Positions 17,472 to 27,325 of a DNA stretch of 64,000 bases are shown in pieces. The stretch covers positions 3,328,385 through 3,392,384 of the forward strand of contig OY282377.1 in the NCBI GenBank assembly GCA_958295785.1, given 5' to 3'. Below the pieces are notes generated by a model that was not told the DNA's origin, made no database searches, and saw nothing but the letters and a program-made list of their open reading frames with translations. This DNA comes from an uncultured Latescibacterota bacterium (lineage in GTDB: Bacteria; Latescibacterota; UBA2968). The translations under genes and the position numbers were made by a program. Position 1 is the first letter of the stretch. The number at the start of each line of letters is the position of its first letter.

Positions 17472-18527
17472 TCATCCCACCTCGACTTCTCGCCCCGTGC
17501 GACCCGATTCAAACACCGCATTGATAATTTCCACGGCATGGCGCGCGCTTTCAAGGCCGATCATCGGATCGCGGTCTTCGTTGATGGCCTCGACCAAGTC
17601 CGCAATAATCGTGGTGTGTCCGTCTGAACTGACCGCCATGGGGTCCGCGGAGATGTTCTTCTGCTTGTCTTCCCGGCTGCCGTACAAGCCCAGCATCTCT
17701 TCTTCTTCGGCTTCGTTCTCGCCCTGAATTTTCCAAGTGATCAGCTTTGACGCATCTTTCATAATGGACCCCTTCGCGCCGTAAATGGTCACCAGTTGGG
17801 AAAGGCCGGGGTAGCAACAGGTCGTCGTATAAACCGTGCCGATGGCGCCATTTTTGAATTTGAACAACGCCACAGTCTGGTCCTCGGCTTCGATGTCGTG
17901 CCCAAAGACGCCAAACATGCCCATCACAGACGCGACACCGCCGGCGAGCCACTGGATCAAATCCACGGTATGCACCCCCTGATTCATCAGTGAACCGCCG
18001 CCATCGAGATCCCATGTCCCCTTCCACGAGCCGTGTGCGCCCTGATAATAGCTCTGTGCGCGATACCACGGCAGATGGCCGTGTACCCCGATCAACTCGC
18101 CCAACTTGCCGCTGTCTATCGCCTCTTTAATGCGCCGGTTTAAGGGATCCAGACGCGCTTGAAAAATACACCCGGCCTTGACGCCGGCATCTTTCACCGC
18201 ACCGATGAGTTGATCCACGCGCTCGGGCGTAATATCCGCTGGCTTCTCCACGATCATGTGCTTGCCCGCATCTGCGGCCTGAATGCCCAGCGCGGCGTGC
18301 TTGCCAGACTCCACGCAAATATTGACGATCTGCACTTCATCGTCCTGAAGCATCTCTTCGTAACTCGCGTACGCCTTGCACCCATATTGCTCGGCCACCG
18401 GCTCCAAACGATCTTCATCCACATCGCACACCGCCACCAACTTCGCCCCTTGGGCCTCTGTGACAGATCGACAATGATGCTTGCCCATCCCCAGTCCAAC
18501 AACGCCAAAACCCAGTTCTTTTGCCAT
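17472..18527 (-). CDS. Gfo/Idh/MocA-family NAD(P)-dependent oxidoreductase
   Basis: N-terminal Rossmann motif GFGVVGLGMGKHH. Family-typical length and C-terminal domain. Confidence 0.8.
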   Translation of the reverse strand: MAKELGFGVVGLGMGKHHCRSVTEAQGAKLVAVCDVDEDRLEPVAEQYGCKAYASYEEMLQDDEVQIVNICVESGKHAALGIQAADAGKHMIVEKPADITPERVDQLIGAVKDAGVKAGCIFQARLDPLNRRIKEAIDSGKLGELIGVHGHLPWYRAQSYYQGAHGSWKGTWDLDGGGSLMNQGVHTVDLIQWLAGGVASVMGMFGVFGHDIEAEDQTVALFKFKNGAIGTVYTTTCCYPGLSQLVTIYGAKGSIMKDASKLITWKIQGENEAEEEEMLGLYGSREDKQKNISADPMAVSSDGHTTIIADLVEAINEDRDPMIGLESARHAVEIINAVFESGRTGREVEVG

Positions 18528-18744
18528 GACATCCTCCTATCGGAAAGATACAGATCGATTTCTCAAACGCGGCTCAATGTAATGAGACGCACTTTTGCGA
18601 ACAAGCCAAAAACCATCCCATAAGCCCTTGACATTTGGCGGAAAGAGGCGAAAAAAAAGATGGGAACGAGAGAAACAGAAGAGCTTGAGCTTCTGTGCTC
18701 ACCTCAACTACCAAACGGTTCGCAGTCCGTTGCCCCATTCTGTC

Positions 18745-18900
18745 CCCATCACCCGTAGGGACAGGCCCCTGTGCCCGACCAAATAGCCATCAGTTCCCTG
18801 CCTCCATCAGTCGTAGGGACAGGCCCCCGTGCCTGTCCTCGCACCCAGCGGTTACACCCAGCGGGCGAGCACGGGGGCATCGCCCCTACGTTTCCATCCT
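18745..18900. repeat. cluster of GC-rich REP-like palindromic repeats
   Basis: gtagggacaggcccc(c)gtgcc(tgtcc) twice, plus gagcacgggggcatcgcccctacgtttccatcct..atcttac. The same units occur at 6 other intergenic sites. Confidence 0.7.
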
Positions 18901-18913
18901 CGTATCTTACCTC

Positions 18914-20395
18914 TTAACTTCCATAAGCCCGTGCGAAAAGCAGAAAATCGCCCATTCCCACTTGCCCGTCCAGATCCAAATCAAAACGGGCGAATACCGT
19001 GGCGTATTCGCCCACCACTTTTCCGAAGGCATTGGCAAACAGGAGAAAATCTTCAAAACCCACTGTCCCGTTGCCATCAAAATCGGCACTGCGGGAGGTG
19101 CTCGCCTTGAGAAAAAGCTGCCGAACCGATTTGAAGACCGCGTCATCGGGCACTTTGGGCAAGGCATAAGTCACCACGCCCTCGCAAAAGCCTTGCCGCC
19201 GTTGCACCAGTGCCATTTTCACCTTGTCGCGGATGCGCTCGGGCGCGGCCGGTTCTCCGTTCCGTTTGACAAACTGCGGCCGGTTCGCCGCGATCATCAC
19301 CACCAATGGCAGGCGATACGCGCCCGCGCCCCGATAGGCCGGCGCGAAGTTCGCGCTCCAGTGTCCTTGAACCACCTGCTGCCACTCTCCCTCTGCGACC
19401 AAGCCCGCCACGACGGGTTCTTGGACTTCCACAGTGACGGGAAAGTTGGATACGCGCTTGCGGTCATAGACCCGAATGGTCAGGGTGACCTGTGATTTTT
19501 CCCCCACCCAAGGCGCGAGGGGCAGATCGACTGTTTGCCATATTCGTTCGCCGCCGGCCACGTCTTCTTCCCACACCACTTGGTCATCTATGAGCACCTG
19601 CTTGAAGTGGTAGCCCGCTGTTGGCCCCTCATAGCTGTCTTGTTGCGCCGTGCGAAGGACGTATTGCGCGGCATTGGACAGCACGCGAAACCGACGTTGA
19701 AGGCTGACGTGATCGCCCACTGCGGAGCGGGTGTACGCGGGATGGGAAAATTGCCATCTCGCGGGCGCGTCCAAGCGGTCATTTAACAACAGCCATGCCC
19801 GTTGCACGGTTTGCGCGGTTTTGGGATAGGCCGCCACCACGCCATCAATGGCCTCGCCATAGCCATCTATAAATTCCCGGTTTAACTCGCGGTAATACAT
19901 CAGGGGCCAGAACTCGAGATCGGGATTGACGGCCCGGGCCCGATGGCGCATGTCCAATACGTAATCCGGGGTGTACACATTGCGATTCGCCCAAAAGTCG
20001 TCGATCACAAATGCCTTCAAATTGGCATGGTCAATTGACAACCGCGCGATCTCTTCTGCCCAGCGCGGATAATCCAAGCGAAACGGCTCGGAATACCGCG
20101 TCCCGTAAATCGGCGGGCTTTCCGATGGCGGCACCAGATAAACCCATGTGTCGATCCCCGCGTCGCGCGCTACGGGCAAAAACCGCTTGAGATCGTCCCA
20201 ATCGGTTGCTCTGTGCCAGATCAAAAAAAAGTAGGTGTTGACGCGCAGTTCAGACAAGCGGCGCACCAGCACGGGCACATCCACGCGGTCGTCGGCCCCT
20301 CTCACCTCTGCATTGTAATCGGCCAGCACGGGCGGCGATTGGGCCAGCGCGGCCCTCGCGCTGAATATGAGCAGGAATCCGATAGCGAAACGCAT
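18914..20395 (-). CDS. secreted glycoside-hydrolase-like protein with C-terminal dockerin type I repeats
   Basis: Signal peptide MRFAIGFLLIFSARAALAQ (the start at 20395 has GAGG upstream). The C-terminus has two Ca-binding dockerin repeats DFDGNGTVGFEDFLLFANAFG / DLDLDGQVGMGDFLLFARAYG. Confidence 0.7.
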   Translation of the reverse strand: MRFAIGFLLIFSARAALAQSPPVLADYNAEVRGADDRVDVPVLVRRLSELRVNTYFFLIWHRATDWDDLKRFLPVARDAGIDTWVYLVPPSESPPIYGTRYSEPFRLDYPRWAEEIARLSIDHANLKAFVIDDFWANRNVYTPDYVLDMRHRARAVNPDLEFWPLMYYRELNREFIDGYGEAIDGVVAAYPKTAQTVQRAWLLLNDRLDAPARWQFSHPAYTRSAVGDHVSLQRRFRVLSNAAQYVLRTAQQDSYEGPTAGYHFKQVLIDDQVVWEEDVAGGERIWQTVDLPLAPWVGEKSQVTLTIRVYDRKRVSNFPVTVEVQEPVVAGLVAEGEWQQVVQGHWSANFAPAYRGAGAYRLPLVVMIAANRPQFVKRNGEPAAPERIRDKVKMALVQRRQGFCEGVVTYALPKVPDDAVFKSVRQLFLKASTSRSADFDGNGTVGFEDFLLFANAFGKVVGEYATVFARFDLDLDGQVGMGDFLLFARAYGS

Positions 20396-20633
20396 GATGG
20401 CGACCTCGGGCGAGTATCCGCTAATGAACGCAAATGAAAAGAAAAGATAAAAGGCGACAAGTGAGGAGTGAGAGGGCCAAAACCACTGCAAACGACTGAC
20501 GCGCCACTCGAGGCAGTCATATCATTTTTGTGGCTTATTACTCTGAGATGTACCTATATTAAGACCGCGCAACTTCAAAATAAAAAGAAAATCTGTGGCT
20601 CGCTTCAAGTGAGAATTTAACGATCAAAACGCT

Positions 20634-22616
20634 ATGGCTCTTCTCCAAACCCCATCTTTCACCTCTGAGGATGTCCAACACAAAGCGGCGCGCATCACGC
20701 CTCGCAGCATTGTTTTCGGGCTGGCGATCTCTTGTCTGGCAAGCGCGTGGGTGACGTATTCTCGCACGGCTGCCAACACGTCCGCCGTCAACATCACCCA
20801 CCTGCCCGTCGCCATCTTTGCCATCTTCCTCTGCGTTTTTACGGTCAATACCCTCTGGAAAATGCGGTTCGGCAGACCGGGCTTGGCGCCTCGAGAACTG
20901 GCTGTCATCTTTGCCATGGGCCTGATCGGCGCCCTCATTCCCGCGCGCGGTCTCACCGGCATCTGGCTGGGGCTGATGGCCGCGCCCTATTATTTGGCGA
21001 CGCCGGAAAACGGGTGGATCGACAATGTCCAACCCTATCTCTCGCCCTATCTCTTTCCGCCCAATGACCATCTCCAGACCACATTTCTCTACGAGGGCTT
21101 GCCCTCTGGCGTGCCCATTCCGTGGGAAGTTTGGATCGGGCCGATTTTTTGGTGGATCACTTTTATTTTGGCCGGCTTTGTCGCGTGCTTCTGCATCGTG
21201 GTCATTCTCCGCAAGCAATGGGTTGAAAGCGAACGCTTGGACTATCCCCTGCTCGCGCCGGTGCTCGAAATGGTCGGGCGCGATTCCTCGGCGCAAAGCG
21301 GTTGGCCGACCCTGTTTCGGGGCTACCTCTTTTGGATCGGTTTTGGCCTGGCGTTTGGCATCATCGGCTGGAACATCATCACCTATTTTTATACGACGGT
21401 TCCCCGCATCAGCATGAGCCCCAATGCCGGGCTTTTTTATTTTGCGCGCCTCTTCCCGCCGCTGTTGACGCATATCAATACTTATACCATCGGCTTTGGC
21501 TATTTTGTCAACCTCGAAATTCTCTTTTCAATCTGGTTCTTCCACTTTCTGCTGATGGGCGAAATCGCGCTGATCCGCAAAACCGGCTTTCAGTTTGGGC
21601 GCATGCACCAAAAAGGCGGCGGATGGGGCGATCCCCTGGTGCAGTGGCAATGCATGGGCGCGCTGTTCGTGTTCGTCGGATGGGGGCTTTGGACAGCGCG
21701 CCGCCACCTGAAGGCGGTCTTTCGGAAAGCGTGGACAAACGACCCCGATGTGGAAGACGCGGATGAACTTCTGTCCTATCGCACCGCGGTGATCGGCCTG
21801 ATTCTCGGTCTCATTTATATCATCGCATGGCTTCTGAAGGCGGGGGTCGCGCTGGGTCTTTTGGCGATCACCATACCGGCTGCCATTGTCATCTACATTG
21901 CCCTGGCGCGCTTTGTGTGCGAATCCGGCACTCTGTACTTGGGCATCCCCACAACGCCGCTCAATGTGGGCTTTCAACTCATTGGCACCGTCACCATCGA
22001 TCCCAGAACCATCGCCGTGGGATCGACCGCCCACGCGCTGCGCTGGATGCTGTTTATGCCCGCGTTGTCGCAGAACGCCAAAGTTTTCGACCAAGTGCCC
22101 GGCAATAAACGCACGCTCTTTTGGGTGCTGCTTTTGGGCTTGCTCGGCGCGCTTGTGGTCAACATTTCGATGGTGCTCTACTTGGGCTACACGCACGGGG
22201 CGTACAATTTTACGGAATACCCCTTTACCCGGTACGCGCCCCGCCTCTACGACGCCATTGTCACCAAAATCAAATCGCCCGAACCGGCTTCATGGGAGCG
22301 GATGGTGCTGTTCGCCTTTGGGGGCCTGGTTTTTGCCATACTCACGGCCCTGCGCTATCGCCTCCCCTGGTGGCCGATTCACCCCGTGGGCTTTATCATC
22401 ACCACCACGAGCATTCTCCACGAAATCACCTCGCTCATCATCGTCTGGCTGTTCAAAGCCATCGTCATTCGAGTGGGCGGTGTCTCCCTCTACCAGAAAT
22501 ATCGCCCGCTCTTTTTCGGCATCATCGCCGGCAGGGCCACGGGCGTGCTCGTCTCGTTTGTCGTCGATCTGATCTGGTTTCCCGGCGGGGGCCACGGCGT
22601 CCACGGTTGGGCGTGA
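20634..22616 (+). CDS. polytopic membrane protein, unknown function (660 aa)
   Basis: Many hydrophobic helices and protein-like composition. No recognisable catalytic motifs. Confidence 0.6.
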   Translation: MALLQTPSFTSEDVQHKAARITPRSIVFGLAISCLASAWVTYSRTAANTSAVNITHLPVAIFAIFLCVFTVNTLWKMRFGRPGLAPRELAVIFAMGLIGALIPARGLTGIWLGLMAAPYYLATPENGWIDNVQPYLSPYLFPPNDHLQTTFLYEGLPSGVPIPWEVWIGPIFWWITFILAGFVACFCIVVILRKQWVESERLDYPLLAPVLEMVGRDSSAQSGWPTLFRGYLFWIGFGLAFGIIGWNIITYFYTTVPRISMSPNAGLFYFARLFPPLLTHINTYTIGFGYFVNLEILFSIWFFHFLLMGEIALIRKTGFQFGRMHQKGGGWGDPLVQWQCMGALFVFVGWGLWTARRHLKAVFRKAWTNDPDVEDADELLSYRTAVIGLILGLIYIIAWLLKAGVALGLLAITIPAAIVIYIALARFVCESGTLYLGIPTTPLNVGFQLIGTVTIDPRTIAVGSTAHALRWMLFMPALSQNAKVFDQVPGNKRTLFWVLLLGLLGALVVNISMVLYLGYTHGAYNFTEYPFTRYAPRLYDAIVTKIKSPEPASWERMVLFAFGGLVFAILTALRYRLPWWPIHPVGFIITTTSILHEITSLIIVWLFKAIVIRVGGVSLYQKYRPLFFGIIAGRATGVLVSFVVDLIWFPGGGHGVHGWA

Positions 22617-22732
22617 CGAATGGACGAAAAGGCAAGACGCGAGATGATCGCCCATCCACTCTGCACTTCGGCCCGCCCTTACGCGCTCATCCCTTGGCTT
22701 TTGTGCCTTTTGTGGCGAAACGCGCTTTTCAC

Positions 22733-23464
22733 CTACACATAATCTTCTGCATTATCCACGGGATCGTAGCCAATTTCTTCGCGTGCATTTTGAATATCCC
22801 AATACGCCCGTGCGTTGCCCGAGATGCCGTAGTAAATCGCAAAATCAATTTTCTCAGGTGCGTCAATGCTTCGCCAAGTCAATTGCACGGTGTCTTTGTA
22901 ACTCAGCCAGGTCGATAAAATGCGGTCGCCGTTTCGATTGCGGACAGAGGAAACCGGTTGAAAGGATCCGATGCGGTGGCAGATCACGGACAGGCCGTAT
23001 TCATCGACATAATATCGCCCCAAGGCTTCGCCATAAGCTTTGCTCGCGCCGTAATAACTGTCGGGGCGCACGGGCATTTCCCATGTCGTGTAAATGGGGC
23101 CTTTTTTTTCGTACATGCCGGTGACGTGGTTGGTGCTGGCAAAAATCACCCGCTTCACTCCCTCGCGCTTGCACGCTTCGTAAATATTGTGCGTGCCGAT
23201 GATATTGGCCGCGACGGTTTCTTCAAATGTCGCGCCACCCGACGGATTACCCGCCATGTGGACCACGGCATCCATCCCATCCACAGCCTCTTCCATCTTT
23301 TCCAAATCCGCGATGTTTGCGACCCTCACTTCCTCGTCGTACTTCTGATCCAGAACGGTGCGGTGATACAGCACCCGCAACTGATACCGGTCGTGCAAAC
23401 CATCTGTGAGCACTTTGCCAATTCGCCCGGCAGCACCGGTAATCAACACCTTCTTTTTTTTCAC
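22733..23464 (-). CDS. NAD-dependent epimerase/dehydratase (SDR family)
   Basis: N-terminal VLITGAAGRIGK. Catalytic YGASKAYGE (YxxxK). Confidence 0.8.
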   Translation of the reverse strand: MKKKKVLITGAAGRIGKVLTDGLHDRYQLRVLYHRTVLDQKYDEEVRVANIADLEKMEEAVDGMDAVVHMAGNPSGGATFEETVAANIIGTHNIYEACKREGVKRVIFASTNHVTGMYEKKGPIYTTWEMPVRPDSYYGASKAYGEALGRYYVDEYGLSVICHRIGSFQPVSSVRNRNGDRILSTWLSYKDTVQLTWRSIDAPEKIDFAIYYGISGNARAYWDIQNAREEIGYDPVDNAEDYV

Positions 23465-23647
23465 ACCATCTCCCTTGAAAAAAGTGTTTCACATCAAATA
23501 AACATCTACGCGACAAAACGCATAGATACAGCCTATACCCATTTGATTTCAAGTTGACCCCCGACCACGGCTTCAGACAGGCACAGGGACGCCGCCTCTA
23601 CGATAGCAGGTCTCAATGAGGAAAGGGGAGGGGGCATAGTTCGTTTT

Positions 23648-23765
23648 AAGAAGCCCTAACATAAAGAAATCAAGCGTCTGAAACAGATGAGTGAACACCC
23701 GCAGGTACGCCTCAAAGGCGGCCTCTCACAAATCCATGGCAACGCTTTTTGTTAGGGACTCTAAG
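23648..23765 (+). mobile_element. MITE copy 1 (~118 bp) with 17-bp terminal inverted repeats (TIRs) and TAA TSD
   Basis: taa|gaagccctaacataaag...ctttttgttagggactc|taa. The core aatcaagcgtctgaaacagatgagtgaacaccc is conserved. Confidence 0.8.
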
Positions 23766-23779
23766 ACCGTTTCTAAGCA

Positions 23780-25501
23780 TCAGATCGCATCCTCGCGTGT
23801 GAGTTCGCGGGGGGCGACCATCAGGGTTTTTTCATTGCGAATGGTGACCAAGCCCGGGCGCGCGCCTCGGGGTTTTTGCACATAGCGCACTTCCGTGTGG
23901 TTGACCGGCACGCTTTTGGCCCCTCGCGCTTTGCTCCAGTACGCCGCAAGCGCGGCGGCTTCTTTCAGGGTCTTGCGAGAGGGGCGGTCGGCTCGGCCAT
24001 CGCGCTTGAGGATAACGTGGGATCCCGGGCACCCGTGGACGTGCAAAAAGATGTCGTCTCGCGCCGAGCTTTTGGTCAACCGGTCGTTTTCCGCGTTGTT
24101 CCGCCCCACCAGCACGCGCCAGCCGTCTCGCGTGCGATACCGCCTGGGGTGAATGTCGCCGGGCTGGCGTTTGGACTTGGAGGGCGATCTTTTCTTTTGT
24201 TTTTTGATCAAGCGCACGGCTTCCAATTCTCGGCGCATGGCGTCGAGTTCATCTTCCGATTGGATGGCGCAGAGGTGGTCGATATAACGCTGGAGGTCGT
24301 CCTTCTCCTGTTGCGCGACCTCGAGGCGTTTGCCGAGGATGGGCGCGCCTTTTCGCGCTTTTCGCGCCCGCTTGAGATAGTCGCTGGCATTTTCCGAAGG
24401 CGTGCGCCGCGGGTTGAGGGGAATGACCACGTCCGCGTTGGCAGGGTCAAACAGATCCGGCAGGGTTATGGATTCGACATGGAGGGGGATTTGCGCGAGG
24501 TGGCACATCAGCAAATTGCCCATTTTTTTGTACTGATCTGCGCGGCCCGCATCGGCTATATCTGCGCGGATGCGCGCGATTTTTCGCTCTGTGGTGGTCA
24601 GGCGATTTCGCAGGTCTTTTTCCAAATTTTTCTGTTGCCCTTTGCGCGCTTCTGCCCGCACTTCTCTCGCGGCAACATCCGCGATAGCTCGGCTCAAGGT
24701 TGGATATGTCTGTTCGGGCTGTGTGTGCCGAAGGGATAGGGCGCATACCACACTGCGATTGTCGTTGTCGCCTACGCGCGTTCCCCCGTCGCAAAATGGC
24801 GGCTTTTGAAAAAAGGCGCGGATGGTTTGGGCAAACGCGGCGAGCGCGTCGGGCGAGCGCGGGCGTTTTTCCATCAGGCCAGCGAGGTGGAGCAATTCGC
24901 GGGCGGATACCGGATCGAGCCCGGCGATGTGTTGGGTCAGCGCGTTGGCGCGGGCATCTTCAGGACAGTCGGTCAAAAAGGCCAGCGATTGTGCGGTCAA
25001 AATTTCGGGCGGGATGCGGGCGAGCGCGGGCGGCGGCTGATAGGTTTTTCCCGGGTATATGGCCCGCACGCGGTTTTGGCGCGAGCGAATGGATCGGAGC
25101 GATCCCAAAATTTTATCCGTCGCGCTATGGACGAGAATGACATTGGCATATCGCCCGATCAATTCCACGACAAGGCGGCAATCCGTGGACGTGCCAATGC
25201 GGTCGCGTTTGCGCGCGACGAGATGCACAATGCGTTCGTGGGCAATGTGTTCAATGCCGATAATCCCCCCACCGCGCAAGTAGCGATCCGCCCAGGGCAA
25301 GCGCGTGCGCCGCGCAGGCGGTTGGGCAAACACCACGCAACTCCTGTTCGGATGCGCGGAAAGCAAGAGATGACCGGCATCGCCCAGGTTCAAATACAGA
25401 TCGCGTTGATCCACCAAAAAGACATCGCGGATGAGACGATGGTCAATTTGCGGTCGCAGTTCATCGCACAATCTGCGAAGTGTGAGCGGGCTGAGATTCA
25501 T
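23780..25501 (-). CDS. rqcH: RqcH/FbpA-like NFACT-family ribosome quality control protein
   Basis: NFACT-N N-terminus, central coiled coil, and C-terminal DUF814/NFACT-R motif IFLHVHGCPGSHVILK. Confidence 0.7.
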   Translation of the reverse strand: MNLSPLTLRRLCDELRPQIDHRLIRDVFLVDQRDLYLNLGDAGHLLLSAHPNRSCVVFAQPPARRTRLPWADRYLRGGGIIGIEHIAHERIVHLVARKRDRIGTSTDCRLVVELIGRYANVILVHSATDKILGSLRSIRSRQNRVRAIYPGKTYQPPPALARIPPEILTAQSLAFLTDCPEDARANALTQHIAGLDPVSARELLHLAGLMEKRPRSPDALAAFAQTIRAFFQKPPFCDGGTRVGDNDNRSVVCALSLRHTQPEQTYPTLSRAIADVAAREVRAEARKGQQKNLEKDLRNRLTTTERKIARIRADIADAGRADQYKKMGNLLMCHLAQIPLHVESITLPDLFDPANADVVIPLNPRRTPSENASDYLKRARKARKGAPILGKRLEVAQQEKDDLQRYIDHLCAIQSEDELDAMRRELEAVRLIKKQKKRSPSKSKRQPGDIHPRRYRTRDGWRVLVGRNNAENDRLTKSSARDDIFLHVHGCPGSHVILKRDGRADRPSRKTLKEAAALAAYWSKARGAKSVPVNHTEVRYVQKPRGARPGLVTIRNEKTLMVAPRELTREDAI

Positions 25502-25584
25502 AAGCGGTCAGGAAACCAAGCGGTTAGCAATCAGCAGTCAGCAATCAGCAGTCAGCAAAACAAGCGATCAGTTGTCAGTCCGTC

Positions 25585-25770
25585 CGGCCCCATCTCCGTA
25601 GGGACAGGCCCCCGTGCCTGTCCTTGCACCCAGTAGCGCGGCGGGGGCTGAAAGCTGATGGCTGATTTTCAGCGATCAGTCGTCAGTCCGCCCGGCCCCA
25701 TCTCCGTAGGGACAGGCCCCCGTGCCTGTCTTTGCACCCAGCAGAGCGGCGGGGGCTGAAAGCTATTTTC
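25585..25770. repeat. two tandem REP-like units plus CAGCAATCAG microsatellite
   Basis: catctccgtagggacaggcccccgtgcctgtcc(t)tgcacccag..gcggcgggggctgaaagct occurs twice, preceded by cagcaatcagcagtcagcaa. Confidence 0.8.
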
Positions 25771-25904
25771 CCCAAACCGCAAAAGTGTACCAATAAACGA
25801 AAAAAATGAAAAGTAAAACATAAAAAATCAACCGCGCTATTCCATTTCCATTTTTCACCAGAACGGGAAACACCTATTGACATCACCGCAAACCGCTGTA
25901 AATT

Positions 25905-26440
25905 CATCTCATACCAATTTGATTTTTATTTGTCCGTATCCTGCCTCCCATCAGGGAGGGATGAGAAATGAGGAACAGATATTTTCCGTAGAGATCATGC
26001 GTTGCTCGTCTCAAGCGTTTGGTTCTGCCTCTTTGTGGATTGCCTTCGATGCGTTGGCTACGCCTGTGCCTACGGCGTGCGGCGTCAAACGCTCAAATTA
26101 TTCGCGTTTTCATACTTGTTTTCAACAGCAAAAAAAGTAGGCGAGCGGGGTACAACTGCCCCAGCAGTTCAAAAATGCCGCTCTCAAACGCCGAGGGGCT
26201 GGCACAGCGCAAAACGCTTTTGTAATAGCACGACATGCGCTGGCCTGCCAAGTGGGTTGCAAGAGGGAGGTTGGTTGCGAGACGGCCTTGCGCGCTGTGC
26301 GCGATGGCTTTATCCGATGGTCTTTTGGGATGGCCTGGTTGCAATGGCTTCTTTGAATGACTGCGTAAGGTCAAGGGGATCGCTTGCTGGCAACATAGCG
26401 CATTACATGAGGACAACAGCTATTCAATTTGGTATAAATT
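25905..26440 (+). repeat. ~530-bp non-autonomous element copy A (TIR taccaatttga/tcaatttggta), flanked by 13-bp direct repeat taaattcatctca
   Basis: ~85% identical to the reverse complement of 35545..36075. Internal GGGGTACAACTGCCCCAGCAGTT motif. taaattcatctca immediately flanks both ends. Confidence 0.7.
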
Positions 26441-26535
26441 CATCTCAAACGCATTTCATTCCCATTCCAATGGGACAGACGCTATCGCCAGAAAGGGAGG
26501 CACCGCCATGAAGGACCTGTCTATACATCCTGATG

Positions 26536-26676
26536 CTTGCAACACTCCTCGTTTCGTGTTCTGATTCTGGAGAAGAAGCATTAGCACCTGTGAAAATCGG
26601 TGACAAGTATGGGTATATCAACAAGGCCGGCGAGATCGTTATCAAACCGCAATTTGATGATGCTGGATATTTTTCA
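26536..26676 (+). CDS. small lipoprotein-like ORF (46 aa) with one WG-type repeat; possibly a gene fragment
   Basis: MLATLLVSCSDSG lipobox. GDKYGYINKAGEIVIKPQFDDAG resembles KWG/WG repeats. A rho-independent terminator follows at 26704-26751. Confidence 0.3.
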
Positions 26677-26703
26677 AAGTGATCTTTGTGGTCAAGATAA
26701 AAA

Positions 26704-26751
26704 AAAGCCCCATCTGAAATCGCTTGTGCGACCTCGGATGGGGCGTTGTTT
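26704..26751 (+). terminator. rho-independent terminator
   Basis: gccccatctgaaatcgcttgtgcgacctcggatggggc followed by gttgtttt. Confidence 0.5.
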
Positions 26752-26771
26752 TGATGGCGAATGCAGCCGCT

Positions 26772-26969
26772 TCAACTGTCCTGTCCAATCATTCGCTGGT
26801 ATTCGTCATGATGACCGATCCAAACCCAGATGAAATCTTCACCGTCTTCTACGGCAAGTGCTCTGTGGGCAATACCAAGGCGAATGGACCAAAATCTGCC
26901 AATTTTCTTGAAATGCAAAGAAGGGTGCCTTGGATTCGCTTTGAGCAATAGAAAATTCCGTCTCGCCAC
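26772..26969 (-). CDS. RelE/ParE-family toxin-like protein (65 aa)
   Basis: C-terminus FWSIRLGIAHRALAVEDGEDFIWVWIGHHDEY matches the RelE/ParE pattern RIGxYRxIY....IxVLRIGHRxxxY. Confidence 0.4.
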   Translation of the reverse strand: MARRNFLLLKANPRHPSLHFKKIGRFWSIRLGIAHRALAVEDGEDFIWVWIGHHDEYQRMIGQDS

Positions 26970-27031
26970 CTTTTGGACAGCTTCGGGAAGTTTCTCAAAG
27001 TCTCTCCAAAAGTGTGTTGTTGTCCGATGTA

Positions 27032-27241
27032 TTAAAGTGCCTTGAGCATTCCCTGTTCTTTTTCTTTTTTGGCCTCGGCAATTAAAAAATCCAACTTGCC
27101 CGATTTTGAGTCCGCCTCGATCTGCCTGTCCCAGTTTTCCCAGTCTTTTTCACTGAACCATTGCCTCAATGCGACGTAATCCGTTTCGGACAGGGCTTCA
27201 ATCGCCGCCTTAATGGCTTCTACATTTGCCGCCATCTCCAC
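27032..27241 (-). CDS. putative antitoxin/addiction-module component (69 aa) upstream of the RelE/ParE-like gene
   Basis: Small acidic helical protein placed immediately 5' of the toxin-like ORF on the same strand. Confidence 0.35.
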   Translation of the reverse strand: MEMAANVEAIKAAIEALSETDYVALRQWFSEKDWENWDRQIEADSKSGKLDFLIAEAKKEKEQGMLKAL

Positions 27242-27325
27242 CTCCTTATGATGGCTTGACAGTTTGGAGTCATACTGGTATTGTTTAGAGACTTACTCCC
27301 TAACCCCTTCCAACTTGGAGCTTTT

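Noticed and set aside
17093-17627. Overlapping 143-aa and 166-aa plus-strand ORFs
   Set aside because: These are frameshifted continuations of the decayed DUF262 gene, not independent genes.
20559-21473. 304-aa minus-strand ORF (Arg/Gly-rich)
   Set aside because: Antisense to the 660-aa membrane protein gene. Low-complexity, GC-driven.
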